From positions 1,056,001-1,120,000 of the forward strand of contig CAVZYA010000002.1 in assembly GCA_963779415.1 (NCBI GenBank): a stretch of DNA of 64,000 nucleotides. The letters are read 5' to 3'. The stretch comes from an uncultured Acidobacteriota bacterium (GTDB taxonomy: Bacteria; Acidobacteriota; Thermoanaerobaculia; UBA5066). Both the position numbers and the translations under genes were made by a program. The notes under the pieces are model-generated. The model saw only the letters and a program-made list of their open reading frames with translations. It was not told where the DNA came from and searched no databases. Positions 30,183 to 40,834 of the stretch are shown here, piece after piece; within the stretch, counting starts at the first letter, position 1; every line of letters begins with the position of its first letter.

Positions 30183-30312
30183 GGGCCGTAGGGGCGGACA
30201 GGAAGCAGGCGGCGCCCACGCCGTCTCCGGGAAAACCGGCGTCCCGGTCGCGGCGGCAGATGTATGATTCCGCGTGACCTCGACGGTCGGTCCCGAGGCA
30301 GAGATCACGGCC

Positions 30313-31533
30313 ATGTATCTGAATATTGCCGTCCTGTTTGCCTTCGTGTTCGTGTACGGACTCGTCGCCGGGCGTGCCGGGGCCGCGCCGATCGGTGGGG
30401 CAGTCGCGTTCACCGCCTTCGGCCTCGCCTGTGGGCCGGCGGGTCTCGGCCTCATCAAGATGAATCTTCGCGCCGAGGAGCTGCGGCTCCTGGCAGAGCT
30501 CACGCTGGCGCTCGTCCTCTTCACCGACGCGGCCAACGCCAACCTCGCCGTCGTCCGGCAGAATCGCGCGACGATCGGGCGGTTGCTGCTCGTGGGCCTT
30601 CCGCTCACGATCCTCCTGGGGTGGGCTGTCGGGGCCCTCCTGCTGGGGGGCCTCGGCGTGATCGAGCTCGCCATCCTCGCCACGATGCTGGCGCCGACCG
30701 ACGCGGCGCTCGGGCAAGCCGTCGTCAGCAACCCCGCCGTCCCCTCATCGGTCCGCGAGGACCTGAACGTGGAGAGCGGCCTGAACGACGGGATCTGCGT
30801 TCCCGTGCTCCTCGTGCTCCTGGCGTTTGCCGCAGAGGAAGCCGGCCTGGGCTCGGGAATCGCCCTGAGGCGCCTCGCCGAGGAGATTGGCGTTGGCGCC
30901 CTCGCGGGCGGCGCCCTCGCCTTCCTCGGGGCGCGGGCGGTCCGATTGACCGCCGAGCGCAACTGGGGCTCGGGGGCCTGGCGACAGTTCCTGGTGATCA
31001 GTATGGCGCTCACCTGCTTCGCGACCGCCCAGGCGCTTGGTGGGAGTGGCTTCATCGCGTGCTTCGTCGGCGGGCTCGTGGCGGGCGCCATGGCCAAGGA
31101 ACAGAAGCACGAGTACCTCCTGGCGGCCGAAGGGTTCGGCGGTGTACTCAGCCTCCTCACCTGGGTGGCCTTCGGTGCCACGGTCGTCGGGCCGGCGCTC
31201 GGGCACGTCACCCTGCCGGTATTGGCCTACGCAGTCCTGAGCCTCACGGTCGTCCGGATGCTTCCGGTGTACCTGGCTCTGGCCGGAGCGGGGATGCGCG
31301 CGGACGCCAAGCTGTTCATCGGCTGGTTCGGCCCACGCGGGCTCGCAAGCATCGTCTTCGGGGTCATCGTGGCCCAGGCGAACCTGCCAGGCGGTGAGAC
31401 CCTGACATTCACCGTTGCCTGGACGGTCATTTTCAGCGTCCTGGCGCACGGGCTGACCGCCAACCCGCTCGCAGCCGCGTTCGCTCGCCGCGTCTCGCCG
31501 GAGACGGCGAGTCCTTCGTCCGCCCGTCGTTAG
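30313..31533 (+). CDS. CPA1-family cation:proton antiporter
   Basis: LAPTDAALG, NVESGLNDG, WFGPRGLASIVF, SVLAHGLTA. Confidence 0.9.
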   Translation: MYLNIAVLFAFVFVYGLVAGRAGAAPIGGAVAFTAFGLACGPAGLGLIKMNLRAEELRLLAELTLALVLFTDAANANLAVVRQNRATIGRLLLVGLPLTILLGWAVGALLLGGLGVIELAILATMLAPTDAALGQAVVSNPAVPSSVREDLNVESGLNDGICVPVLLVLLAFAAEEAGLGSGIALRRLAEEIGVGALAGGALAFLGARAVRLTAERNWGSGAWRQFLVISMALTCFATAQALGGSGFIACFVGGLVAGAMAKEQKHEYLLAAEGFGGVLSLLTWVAFGATVVGPALGHVTLPVLAYAVLSLTVVRMLPVYLALAGAGMRADAKLFIGWFGPRGLASIVFGVIVAQANLPGGETLTFTVAWTVIFSVLAHGLTANPLAAAFARRVSPETASPSSARR

Positions 31534-31677
31534 AGCCTTGACTTTGCTCGGAGGCCGTGGGAGCGCCTCGGCAACCTGGGAAAAGGACTGGTCCCGCCCG
31601 ACGCGGCCGGTGGCGTTCATCCGCGGGAATGTCTTCGGTTTATGATCGTCTCGCCCGGTAGGCAGGTGGGGACGCAC

Positions 31678-32613
31678 ATGACGCCATTCCAGGGGATCAT
31701 CGCGGCGGCCTCCGCCATCGTTCTCTTCCTGTACGCACTCGAAGGATTCAGCCGGGAATTGCAGGCGGTCGGCGGCACGGCGCTCCAGTCGTGGCTGTCG
31801 CGGGTAACGGCAAGCCGCTGGCTCGCGTTCCTGATCGGCGCAATCGCCACGGCGCTCGTTCAGTCGAGCAGCGCCGTGACGGCGCTGGCCGTCACCCTGG
31901 TCGATGCGTCGGTGATTTCGTTCCGCGGAAGCCTCGGCGTGCTGCTCGGCGCGAACGTCGGGACGACGACCACGGCCTGGCTCGTCGCGTTCAAGCTGAC
32001 GGGGATCGGACCCTTCTTCATCGTCCTGGGGGCGGTGCTGTCGGCGTTGCCGATTCGCGCCCGGGCGATCGGCAAGGTGGCGTTCTACTTCGGAGCGATC
32101 TTCTTCGCGCTCGACCTGGTCTCGAGCGAGCTGAAGCCGCTGCAATCGCAGCCGTGGTTCCAGCAGGCGCTCGTCATGGCGAGTGCGCCGGCGGTCGGAG
32201 TCCTGGTCGGCCTGGTTTTCACCGCTCTAATCCAGTCGAGCAGCGTAACGACCGGCGTGGCGATCATGCTGGTTCAGCAGGGACTGGTCCCCCCGGAGTC
32301 GGCAATCGCGATCGTCCTGGGGGCCAATGTGGGATCGACCTCCACGGCACTGATCGCCAGCCTCGCCATGAAGCCGACAGCCCGGGCGACGGCAATCTCG
32401 AACTTCCTGTTCAACGCGTCCGGCGTCGTGATGTTCTTCCCTTTCCTCGGGCCGTTCTCGCGGGCGATGGCTGCTCTCGGGCCACCGGCTGCGGCGGTCG
32501 CCGCCGCGCATCTCCTGTTCAACCTCGCGGTTGCCGCGGTCTACCTCCCGGCGCTTGGATGGGTCGAGCCGATTCTGCGCCGGCGCCTCGGCGCCGATGC
32601 CGGCGCAGGTTGA
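31678..32613 (+). CDS. Na+/Pi cotransporter (NptA/YjbB-like), membrane domain only
   Basis: Repeated QSSSA/QSSSV and GANVGT/GANVGS motifs. Confidence 0.88.
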   Translation: MTPFQGIIAAASAIVLFLYALEGFSRELQAVGGTALQSWLSRVTASRWLAFLIGAIATALVQSSSAVTALAVTLVDASVISFRGSLGVLLGANVGTTTTAWLVAFKLTGIGPFFIVLGAVLSALPIRARAIGKVAFYFGAIFFALDLVSSELKPLQSQPWFQQALVMASAPAVGVLVGLVFTALIQSSSVTTGVAIMLVQQGLVPPESAIAIVLGANVGSTSTALIASLAMKPTARATAISNFLFNASGVVMFFPFLGPFSRAMAALGPPAAAVAAAHLLFNLAVAAVYLPALGWVEPILRRRLGADAGAG

Positions 32614-32958
32614 CGGGCAGGCTGCGTCGGCCGGGAGGTTCCGACCGCGCGAACCTGCTCAGGGACGGCTGCAGAGGATCCGGCGCCGTCAGCCAGCGCT
32701 TCGTGCGCGGGATGGGAACGGGATCAGGCTGGTCCGTCATTCTCGGAGTCCCTTCCGGGAGTCGCCCACCACATCCCGATCGTGAATCGAATCTATCCGA
32801 GCCGGCCTTGTCCCCGCCGGGTCCGCGCGAAGGGTAAACTTCTGCATTGCACTCGCCGTGCCGGCGGTGATCCGCTGAGGAGATTGGACACGGCGGCGTG
32901 GTAGCGTGTTCCCTTGCCGGCGAGAGGAAGTGCATGATGAAAGAGACCGTTGTCCGCC

Positions 32959-33636
32959 ATGGTCACTAAGCCCGTGGCTGACGAGCCCCCGGGATCCTCT
33001 CGGCGGGTGCTGGACCCCGTCGAACACACGTCCGAGATCCTGTTCGGCCTGATCATGGTCATGGCCTGCACGGGCTCGTTCAGCGTCGCCGGTGCCGGCC
33101 GGGCACAGGTCCGCACGATGCTCCTCGCCGCCCTCGGCTGCAATCTGGCTTGGGGCGTCATCGACGCCGTCTTCTACCTGATGGGCCGTCTTGCCGAGAC
33201 GGGACAGGTCATCAAGATCCTGAACGCCGTACGCCAGAGCGCAGATCCCGAGGAGACGCAGAAGGCCCTCGCCGGGACGCTGCCGCCGCAGGTCGCTTCC
33301 GTCCTCGAGCCACGGGAGCTGGGGGCGATGTGCCTTCGATTGAAGGCGCTCGATGAAGCGTCCGATCCGAAGTTCCCGAGCAAGGACGATCTTCTGGGCG
33401 CCCTGGGGGTCTTCCTGCTGGTCTTTCTCTCCACGTTCCCGGTGGTCATTCCGTTCCTCTTCATGAAAGACGTCCGGATGGCCCTGCACGTCTCCAACGC
33501 CGTCGCCATCGTCCTGTTGTTCGTGACGGGCTATCACTTCGGCAGATCGGCCGGGCGCCGCCCGGTCCGGACCGGAACCCTGATGGTCCTTCTCGGGGCG
33601 GCCCTCGTGGGGCTCACGATCGCTCTCGGAGGATGA
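32959..33636 (+). CDS. VIT1/CCC1-like membrane protein
   Basis: LDPVEHTSEILFGLIM, GCNLAWGVIDA, TFPVVIPF. Confidence 0.7.
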   Translation: MVTKPVADEPPGSSRRVLDPVEHTSEILFGLIMVMACTGSFSVAGAGRAQVRTMLLAALGCNLAWGVIDAVFYLMGRLAETGQVIKILNAVRQSADPEETQKALAGTLPPQVASVLEPRELGAMCLRLKALDEASDPKFPSKDDLLGALGVFLLVFLSTFPVVIPFLFMKDVRMALHVSNAVAIVLLFVTGYHFGRSAGRRPVRTGTLMVLLGAALVGLTIALGG

Positions 33637-34277
33637 CGCTGAGGCGTGCGATTCGGGCGCTCCCGGCCGTCCTGGCCCTGTGCGCCTGTCCATTGCTGGC
33701 GCAGTCGACGGCGACGGCCGGCACGGAATCGGAGAAGGCCTGGTCCTACTCGGCGTCGATCTACGGCTACCTCCTCCCGGAAAGCACGGACTACCTGCAG
33801 CCGACAGTCACGGCGGACCGCGGATGGCTCCACCTCGAGGCTCGCTACAACTACGAGGCCGCGAGGACAGGCTCCTTCTGGGTCGGTTACAACTTCAGCG
33901 TCGGGAAGGACGTGACTCTCGACTTCACGCCGATGCTCGGCGGCGTCTTCGGCGACATGACCGGTATCGCGCCCGGATACGCGGGCTCGCTCCGCTGGTG
34001 GAAGCTCGAGCTCTACAGCCAGGGCGAATACGTCATCGACACCAGCCCCTCGTCCGAAAGCTTCTTCTACACCTGGTCGGAGCTGACGATGGCCCCAGCC
34101 GACTGGTTCAAGTTCGGCTTCGTGATCCAGCGGACGAAGCTCTATCAAACCGAGTTCGACATCCAGCGCGGCGTCCTGCTGGGCTTCTCCTGGAAGAAGG
34201 CGAACTTCACCGCCTACGTCTTCAACCCGGACGCGAGCAAGCCGGTGGTCGTCCTCGCACTCGGCCTGGACTTCTGA
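33633..34277 (+). CDS. Secreted or outer-membrane hypothetical protein
   Basis: Signal peptide, aromatic-rich alternating strands, C-terminal LGLDF. Confidence 0.7.
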   Translation: MTLRRAIRALPAVLALCACPLLAQSTATAGTESEKAWSYSASIYGYLLPESTDYLQPTVTADRGWLHLEARYNYEAARTGSFWVGYNFSVGKDVTLDFTPMLGGVFGDMTGIAPGYAGSLRWWKLELYSQGEYVIDTSPSSESFFYTWSELTMAPADWFKFGFVIQRTKLYQTEFDIQRGVLLGFSWKKANFTAYVFNPDASKPVVVLALGLDF

Positions 34278-34279
34278 CC

Positions 34280-35014
34280 GTGTTTCCGCGCGACGGGGCC
34301 GGGCTCCCCGGTTGCCGGTTCCTGATCCTGTGTCTTGCGTTGGCTCTCGCCCGTACCGCGCGGGCCGGCGATCCCACCGAGTTCTGGCCCGAGCTGAATC
34401 TCTACGAGGGCCTCGGCCCCACGACGAGGCTCTACTTCGCCACGGCGTACGCCAACGGCAAGGAATCCGAGTTCCGGACGCTGGACCTCGCCGGGTATCT
34501 CGACGTCACCTTCAAGCCGTTCCTCAGGGACAAATACAAGGGGGACTGGAGGTCCGACGAGGACTGGAGGAAGAAGAGGTACTTCTGGGTCCGGGTCGGC
34601 TTCGACTACGTCGGGAAGCAGTCGACGGCGGACGGCACGTCCTCCACGCCGGAGTACCGGGGAATACTCGCGGCCCTCGGGAGGGTCTACCTTCCGGCCG
34701 AGATCCTCCTCGAAACCCGCTTTCGGGTCGACTTTCGCTGGATCGGCACCGACTACTCGAACCGGTACCGCCCGAGGATCGAGCTGAACCGCGACTTTCC
34801 CGTCTTCGGAACCGTCGCCAACGTCTACTTCCAGGCCGAGTTCTTCTATGACACCCGGTACGACGGATGGGCCCGGCAGCTCTACCAGGTGGGAGCGGAG
34901 GTCACGCTCACCAGGCATTTCCGGATCGAGCCGTTCGTCGCGCGGCAGATCGACCGCCTCCCCGCCGCGTCGGGGCTCTACGCAATCGGGCTCGTCGCCC
35001 GCTGGTACTACTGA
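34280..35014 (+). CDS. Outer-membrane beta-barrel (DUF2490-like)
   Basis: EFWPEL, RVDFRWI..RYRPRIE, EFFYD, C-terminal aromatic residues; start uncertain. Confidence 0.6.
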   Translation: MFPRDGAGLPGCRFLILCLALALARTARAGDPTEFWPELNLYEGLGPTTRLYFATAYANGKESEFRTLDLAGYLDVTFKPFLRDKYKGDWRSDEDWRKKRYFWVRVGFDYVGKQSTADGTSSTPEYRGILAALGRVYLPAEILLETRFRVDFRWIGTDYSNRYRPRIELNRDFPVFGTVANVYFQAEFFYDTRYDGWARQLYQVGAEVTLTRHFRIEPFVARQIDRLPAASGLYAIGLVARWYY

Positions 35015-35023
35015 GAGGGAAAC

Positions 35024-35896
35024 ATGGCAGACTCGAGATCAGAAAGAGAGGTCCGGTACATGGGTAAGAAGAAGAAGAAAGAACACGGGGACCCGACGAA
35101 GGCCGATGTGGGGGTGCCCGGCGAGAAGATCTCGAAGAAGGATTACGCACGGGAGATGAAGAAGCTTCACGTGGAACTTGTCAAGCTCCAGGAGTGGGTG
35201 AAGCACAAGGGGCTCAAGGTCTGCGTCGTTTTCGAGGGGCGCGACGGCGCCGGCAAGGGCGGCACGATCAAGGCGATTACGGAGCGGGTGAGCCCTCGGG
35301 TCTTTCGGGTCGTTGCGCTGACCGCTCCGACCGAGCGCGAGAAGTCGCAGATGTACGCGCAGCGCTACATGCCGTACCTGCCGGCATCGGGTGAGGTGGT
35401 GATCTTCGACCGCAGCTGGTACAACCGGGCCGGGGTCGAGCGCGTGATGGGCTTCTGTACTGAGGAGGAGGCCCGGCGTTTCCTGAAACTTGTGCCGCTG
35501 TTCGAGAAGATCGTGGTCGAGTCCGGCATCATCCTCCTGAAGTACTGGCTGGAGGTGAACCCGGACGAGCAGACGCGGCGGCTCAAGGCGCGCATCGACG
35601 ACGGCCGCAAGATCTGGAAGCTTTCGCCGATGGACCTGAAATCGTACAGCCGCTGGTACGACTACTCGAAGGCGCGCGACGAGATGTTCGCCGCGACCGA
35701 TACCGCGTGGGCGCCGTGGTTCGTCGCGCGATCCGACGACAAGCAACGGGCGCGGCTGAACATCATCGCGCACCTTCTCGGCAGCATCCGGTACAAGGAG
35801 GCGCCGCGTGAGAAGGTGAAGCTGCCGAAGCGGCAGAAGCCCGGCGGCTACCACGAGCCGGACTATCCGTACAAGATCATCGCGGAGAAGTACTGA
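35024..35896 (+). CDS. ppk2: Polyphosphate kinase 2
   Basis: FEGRDGAGKGG, PTERE, FDRSWYNRAGVERVMGF, WKLSPMD. Confidence 0.95.
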   Translation: MADSRSEREVRYMGKKKKKEHGDPTKADVGVPGEKISKKDYAREMKKLHVELVKLQEWVKHKGLKVCVVFEGRDGAGKGGTIKAITERVSPRVFRVVALTAPTEREKSQMYAQRYMPYLPASGEVVIFDRSWYNRAGVERVMGFCTEEEARRFLKLVPLFEKIVVESGIILLKYWLEVNPDEQTRRLKARIDDGRKIWKLSPMDLKSYSRWYDYSKARDEMFAATDTAWAPWFVARSDDKQRARLNIIAHLLGSIRYKEAPREKVKLPKRQKPGGYHEPDYPYKIIAEKY

Positions 35897-35933
35897 GCGG
35901 GCCGCGTGATACGCTGCTAGCGGGAGACTGATC

Positions 35934-36653
35934 ATGCTCAAACGTGTAGGTGTCGTCGCGGGACTGGCGCTTCTCGTCACAGCCCTGCAAGCGCAGCAGC
36001 CCGGGCAACCCCAGGGACAGTCCCAAACCCCGCAAACGAAGGGTCAGGAGCCGCCGATCACCGTCTACCGTGTCGACCTCGTTCCCACCGGGACCGCTTT
36101 CGCGATGAACGAGCCGGTCTTGGAAGGAGACGTCTGGGTCTTCCGCAGCCTCCCGGACAGAACGCTCGAGCGGGTTCCCAAGTCGAAGGTGAAGGCGGTT
36201 TCCCGATGGTCGACGGACTACTCGAAGGAGTTCGTCTTCCAGGTGGAGTTCGTCCCGACGGGCGGGGTCCTCGTCCGCGAGGAACCGGTGAAGAAGGGAA
36301 CGAACTTCGTCTTCAAGACCTGGAGGCAGGGAACGCTTCTCTCCATGCAGGAGGCGGACGTCAAGAAGATCACGCGTCTGACGGGGTTCGAGGCGTTCAA
36401 GGCCGAGATGACGGAACTGGGGGTCGTCGTCCTGAAGGGCGAGACGACGGAAGCGGGCTTCAACAACGCGGCGGCGAATTCCCCCGAACCCGCCGGTGCC
36501 TCCTCCCAGCCCCCGGGGGCGAGGCCGGGCCAGGGCAATTGGACGTACCAGGGAACGCCGGGCTCGTCCGACGCGTACGCGCCGGCAGGCGGGACGGTTG
36601 CGAAACCGGGCGACACGCCGATGGCGCCCCAGCCGACCCGGCCTCCCCGCTGA
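35934..36653 (+). CDS. Secreted hypothetical protein with an internal duplication
   Basis: Signal peptide; YRVDLVPTG..EPV and FQVEFVPTG..EPV repeats; Pro/Gly-rich tail. Confidence 0.65.
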   Translation: MLKRVGVVAGLALLVTALQAQQPGQPQGQSQTPQTKGQEPPITVYRVDLVPTGTAFAMNEPVLEGDVWVFRSLPDRTLERVPKSKVKAVSRWSTDYSKEFVFQVEFVPTGGVLVREEPVKKGTNFVFKTWRQGTLLSMQEADVKKITRLTGFEAFKAEMTELGVVVLKGETTEAGFNNAAANSPEPAGASSQPPGARPGQGNWTYQGTPGSSDAYAPAGGTVAKPGDTPMAPQPTRPPR

Positions 36654-36680
36654 CGTCGCCTCTGCCCAGAGCGGGGTCGT

Positions 36681-37487
36681 TTAACTGTCTGTTCCCGTGG
36701 GCAGCCTGGGCGCGGCCAGGCGGCGGAAGAGCCGGTCGCGGTCGCTGTCGAAGTAGTAGAGCTTGGCGACCTCGATCCGCTTCGCGAGGAAGCTGCAGGC
36801 GAGAACGGCCAGGAGCATTCCGAAAAGCGGCCCGGCCCAGTAGATCCACCACCCCTGCCATTCTCCGGAGATGATCGCCGGACCGAGGCTGCGGGCAGGG
36901 TTCGTGCTGGTGCCGGAGATCGGCGACTCTGCCCAGACCATGATCGCGTAGAGAGGGGGGAAGATTCCCGGTGTGAACGGCCGGAGGTGCCGGAAACCGA
37001 GGAAAACGGCCAGGAGAGCGACCATCGCGAACGTCGTGATCACCTCGCCCAGGAACGCCGTCGAGAGCGTCGTGTCGGAACCCGGTAGGGTCGCTCCGAA
37101 GGCCACGCTCTTCCCCATCGCTCCCCAGAGAAGAAGAGGCAGGGACCCCACGACCGCGCCAACGAGCTGGGCCCCGATATAGACGAGGGTCGTCTTCAGG
37201 TCGAGTTTGCCCATCAGCCGGAAGCCGAGCGTGACGGCGGGGTTGATGTGCGCTCCGCTCACCTTCCCGACGGGAGAGAGCGCGATGGAGGCTCCCGTCG
37301 TCCCGAAGAGAAAACCGGTGATCAGGCGTCTGAGCCCCTCGCTCGGGAAAAGACGCGCCATTGGGGTGCCGGTTCCGAACATCAGGATGACGAGCGACAG
37401 GCCGACCAGCAGCAGGAGGGCCGTGCCGACGAGCTCGGAGAGGAACACCCGAGGGAGAGCTCCGGGTTCTTTCCGGTCGTTCGTCAT
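36681..37487 (-). CDS. MIP/aquaporin family channel
   Basis: SGAHINPAVT and GTSTNPARSLGP (two NPA motifs). Confidence 0.93.
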   Translation of the reverse strand: MTNDRKEPGALPRVFLSELVGTALLLLVGLSLVILMFGTGTPMARLFPSEGLRRLITGFLFGTTGASIALSPVGKVSGAHINPAVTLGFRLMGKLDLKTTLVYIGAQLVGAVVGSLPLLLWGAMGKSVAFGATLPGSDTTLSTAFLGEVITTFAMVALLAVFLGFRHLRPFTPGIFPPLYAIMVWAESPISGTSTNPARSLGPAIISGEWQGWWIYWAGPLFGMLLAVLACSFLAKRIEVAKLYYFDSDRDRLFRRLAAPRLPTGTDS

Positions 37488-38665
37488 GGCGCGGGCGAAA
37501 AGAGGATGCAGACCGGTTCCGGCACCGCGACCGGAGTGCCGACGGCGTGAGGAAGCCCTGTCTCCGGATCGAGACGGAAAACGGCGACCGAGCCGGAGTC
37601 CTGGTTGGCAACGATCAACCAGCGGCCCGAAGGGTCGATCGCGAAGTGCCGCGGCGTGTGCCCTCCGGTAGGGACACGTCCGACGTGCGCGAGCCGACCT
37701 CCTGCGTCGATCGTCAAGATCGTAAGGGCGTCATCGCCGCGGTTCGAGACGTAGAGGAAGCGCCCGTCGGGCGCGACGGCGATCTCCGCGGACTTGTTGT
37801 CCCCCGAAAAGCCGGTCGCGACGGCCGGGACCGTCTGGAACGGCTCGAGGCGCCCACGCTCCGCATCCCAGCGAAACGCCGTCACGGTGGAGAAGAGCTC
37901 GTTGACGGCGTAGAGGATCCGGCCGGACGGATGCCAGGCGAGGTGGCGCGGCCCCGAACCCGGCTCGAGCGCGACGCCGGCCGACGCCTCGCCGGAGAGT
38001 GGGCCCGCGGCCCTGTCGAAGCGATCGACGAGGATCCGATCAGCTCCGAGGTCGACCGTCAGAAGGAATTTCTTCGAAGGGTCGAAGAAGACGCCGTGCG
38101 CGTGCGGTGACTGCTGCCGCGCGGCGTTCGGGCCCGATCCCGAGAGGGGTCGCACGCGGACAGCGGGCCGCAGCCGGCCGTCGGCATCGAGCGGAAGGAC
38201 GGCGACGGAGCCGCCGGAGTAGTTCGCGACAACCACGCTGCGGCCCTCCGAGTCCACCGCCAGGTGACAGGGATCAGCGCCCTCCGAAGGTACCTGGTTG
38301 AGGAGAGAGAGATTCCCCGTGGACGGGTCGACCGAAAAGGCGCTGACCGCGCCGGTGGGCCGGCCGCCGAAGGTCGGCACCTCGTTGACGGCGTAGAGGA
38401 TCCGGCCACCCGGACAGAGAGCCAGGAAAGAGGGATTCTCCGATTGAGCAGCGAGGACGGGCCCCTCGACGACGGCCCCGTTGGACGCATCCAGCTCAAC
38501 CTTGTAGATCCCCCGGCTTCCGGCGCCCGTGTACGTGCCGACGTAGACGCGGAGGAGATTCTTCGAGTCGCGACTCTCGTCGGGGCCGGGCTGCGCCGCG
38601 ACCGCTCCCGCGAGGAGGAGCGCGGCCGCCAATACCCTTCTGAGAAATCTCCCGGCCGACGTCAC
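37484..38665 (-). CDS. pgl: 6-phosphogluconolactonase (beta-propeller lactonase) with signal peptide
   Basis: YVGTYT, NPSFL, VANYSGG, RQQSPHAH, GSGPRH, YVSNRG, PRHF. Confidence 0.88.
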   Translation of the reverse strand: MTSAGRFLRRVLAAALLLAGAVAAQPGPDESRDSKNLLRVYVGTYTGAGSRGIYKVELDASNGAVVEGPVLAAQSENPSFLALCPGGRILYAVNEVPTFGGRPTGAVSAFSVDPSTGNLSLLNQVPSEGADPCHLAVDSEGRSVVVANYSGGSVAVLPLDADGRLRPAVRVRPLSGSGPNAARQQSPHAHGVFFDPSKKFLLTVDLGADRILVDRFDRAAGPLSGEASAGVALEPGSGPRHLAWHPSGRILYAVNELFSTVTAFRWDAERGRLEPFQTVPAVATGFSGDNKSAEIAVAPDGRFLYVSNRGDDALTILTIDAGGRLAHVGRVPTGGHTPRHFAIDPSGRWLIVANQDSGSVAVFRLDPETGLPHAVGTPVAVPEPVCILFSPAP

Positions 38666-38676
38666 CCTTCAGCGCC

Positions 38677-39726
38677 TCATGCCTCGGAGAACTGGATCAC
38701 GACCTTGATGTCGTCCGGTCTTCTTTCCAGAGCCTGCGTGAAGCTCTCCGGCTTTTCACGGCGTGTGATCAGGCGGCTCAGCCACTTCCGGTCCGCGCGG
38801 GCGAGGGCCTCGCTCGCCTTGTACCAGTGCCGCTTGTTCGCGTTGACGCTCCCGACGACGACGTTGTTCCGGAGGACCACGTTGGCCGCCACGTCCGCAA
38901 TCGGCATCGTGCCCGTGCGCCCGCCGCTCCCGACGCCGGTGAGGCAGACGACGCCGCCGGACGAGACCGCCTGCAGCGCGTCCGAGATGACCGCGCCGAC
39001 GCCGGTACATTCGACAATGGCATCGGGCTGGAAGCCGATGCCGGCGGCCGTGCCCGAGTGGTACGTCGCCCCGAGGGCCCGCACGAGGTCCGGCTTCGGT
39101 CCCGATTCGACCCGGTCCAGGACGTGGACCTCGAGGCCGCGCTGCATCGCCACGAGAGCCGCGAGGAGGCCGATCGGCCCGGCCCCCGCCACGAGGACCG
39201 TCCGAGGCTCCCAGAAGGCGCGGTGCCCCACGGCGGAGACCTGCTCCCATGCCTTCGCGACGACGGTCATCGGCTCGAGGAGGACGCCGAGGAGGCCGAG
39301 CGTCGGGTCGACCTTCATCGCGTACTCGGGCTCGATCCGCCACCGCTCCGACATGTAGCCGTGGATCTCCTTGATGCCGCGCTCGGTGTACTGCCCGTTC
39401 CGGCACATGTCCCACTCGCCGACGGCGCAGCTCGGGCAGGGGACCGGGTCCGGGCGGCGGACGATCCCGACGACGAGATCGCCCTTCTTCAGCGCGCCCG
39501 CCGGCCCCGGGTCGACGACGCGCCCGAGCGACTCGTGGCCGAGGACCAGGCGGCTCGCCCCGGGGGGCGCCCAGCCGTACTTCCCCTCCACGATCTCGAT
39601 ATCCGTCCCGCAGACACCGACGGCTACGGCCTCGACGAGGACGGACCCTTCGTGCGCACCGGGCTCGGGGAACTCTTCGAGCCGCGCGCTTCCCGCGCGG
39701 CGCGGTTCGACCGTGATCGCTTTCAT
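38677..39726 (-). CDS. Zn-dependent NAD(P) glucose 1-dehydrogenase (MDR family)
   Basis: GVCGTD, LGHESLG, VRRPDPVPCPSC..DMC..YTERGI, GAGPIG, GSVNAN. Confidence 0.88.
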   Translation of the reverse strand: MKAITVEPRRAGSARLEEFPEPGAHEGSVLVEAVAVGVCGTDIEIVEGKYGWAPPGASRLVLGHESLGRVVDPGPAGALKKGDLVVGIVRRPDPVPCPSCAVGEWDMCRNGQYTERGIKEIHGYMSERWRIEPEYAMKVDPTLGLLGVLLEPMTVVAKAWEQVSAVGHRAFWEPRTVLVAGAGPIGLLAALVAMQRGLEVHVLDRVESGPKPDLVRALGATYHSGTAAGIGFQPDAIVECTGVGAVISDALQAVSSGGVVCLTGVGSGGRTGTMPIADVAANVVLRNNVVVGSVNANKRHWYKASEALARADRKWLSRLITRREKPESFTQALERRPDDIKVVIQFSEA

Positions 39727-39748
39727 GACGGGACCTCCTCGGATTCGT

Positions 39749-40834
39749 TCATTCGTTCCGCCCCCGCTGGGCCATCGAAACCTTCCCCCAGAAGAGCTGG
39801 AGCGGCAGGTGGAGCCGGCTTCCCCACGCGGATTCCTCGTGCGCCTGGAGCGGGAAGGCGAAGTGGAGGAAGTCGCGCCCGTAGACATACCCGCGGCTCT
39901 GGAGGGCGATCGCCATCGCGAGCGTCGCCTCGAAGTTGTCCCCCGGCCAGCCGCTGTCGACGTAGAACTTCGCGGTGTTCTTCGGCTCGGTCAGGACCCG
40001 GTCGATGAGGTCGTCCCTGTGGGAGAAGGTACTGGACATGCAGGCCGCCGCCCCGAAGACCTCCGGCCACTGCCACGCCATGTAGAACGAGACGACGCCC
40101 CCGAGCGAGGAGCCCATGACGGCCGTCTCCTTCCGGCCCCCGATCAGCCGGAGACGCTGACTGGCCAAGGGGACGATCTCCTCCACGACCGACCGGCCGT
40201 AGGCCTCGTAGCCCGGCTTCGTGTACTCGGCCATCCGGTCGCCCGAGTGGACGCCGACGACGACGACCTTGTCGATTGCGTTCATCCCGTCGAGGAGCTG
40301 GAGCGACTCGCCGACGTTCCAGTCGTGGCCGGCGAACGCTTCCTCCGGAAAGAAGAGGTTCTTGCCGTCCTGCATGAAGAGGACCGGGTACTTCTTGAGC
40401 GTGTTTTCCTGGTAGCCGGGAGGGACGTAGGCCCGGACGGCGTGCCGCCGGCCGAGGATCGCCGAGTCGAGCTGGATGAGCGGCGAGAACGTCCCCTTCT
40501 CCGACCCGGAGAAGTACGGATAGACGTCTCGCGTGCCCGGAGAGGTCATCAGGACGAGCCCGTCGGCCCCGACCGCCCAGCGCATTTCGCTCCCGACCTT
40601 CCAGCAGGCCTTGAAATAGAGGAAGGGCCTCTTTGCTTCGAGCCGGAAGGTGAAGGTGGTCCCGTCGTCCGAGACTGAAGCTGCCTCGACGTCGCGGTCC
40701 CAGTCGAGATCGGTTCTCAGGACGATCCGTCCCTCCGCGAGCGGGTATCGGACGCGCAGCTCGCGACGGAGGACCGTTTCCGTCCGGTACAGCGCCTCCG
40801 AGTCGTCTCGCCCACCGGATCCGCCCGGACTCAT
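39749..40834 (-). CDS. Alpha/beta hydrolase (putative esterase)
   Basis: YPVLFMQDGKNLF, nucleophile elbow GSSLGG, HEESAW. Confidence 0.85.
   Translation of the reverse strand: MSPGGSGGRDDSEALYRTETVLRRELRVRYPLAEGRIVLRTDLDWDRDVEAASVSDDGTTFTFRLEAKRPFLYFKACWKVGSEMRWAVGADGLVLMTSPGTRDVYPYFSGSEKGTFSPLIQLDSAILGRRHAVRAYVPPGYQENTLKKYPVLFMQDGKNLFFPEEAFAGHDWNVGESLQLLDGMNAIDKVVVVGVHSGDRMAEYTKPGYEAYGRSVVEEIVPLASQRLRLIGGRKETAVMGSSLGGVVSFYMAWQWPEVFGAAACMSSTFSHRDDLIDRVLTEPKNTAKFYVDSGWPGDNFEATLAMAIALQSRGYVYGRDFLHFAFPLQAHEESAWGSRLHLPLQLFWGKVSMAQRGRNE

Noticed and set aside
30185-30225. GTAG-type REP-like sequences (also near 27246-27280)
   Set aside because: Too short and divergent, and not repeated convincingly in the window.
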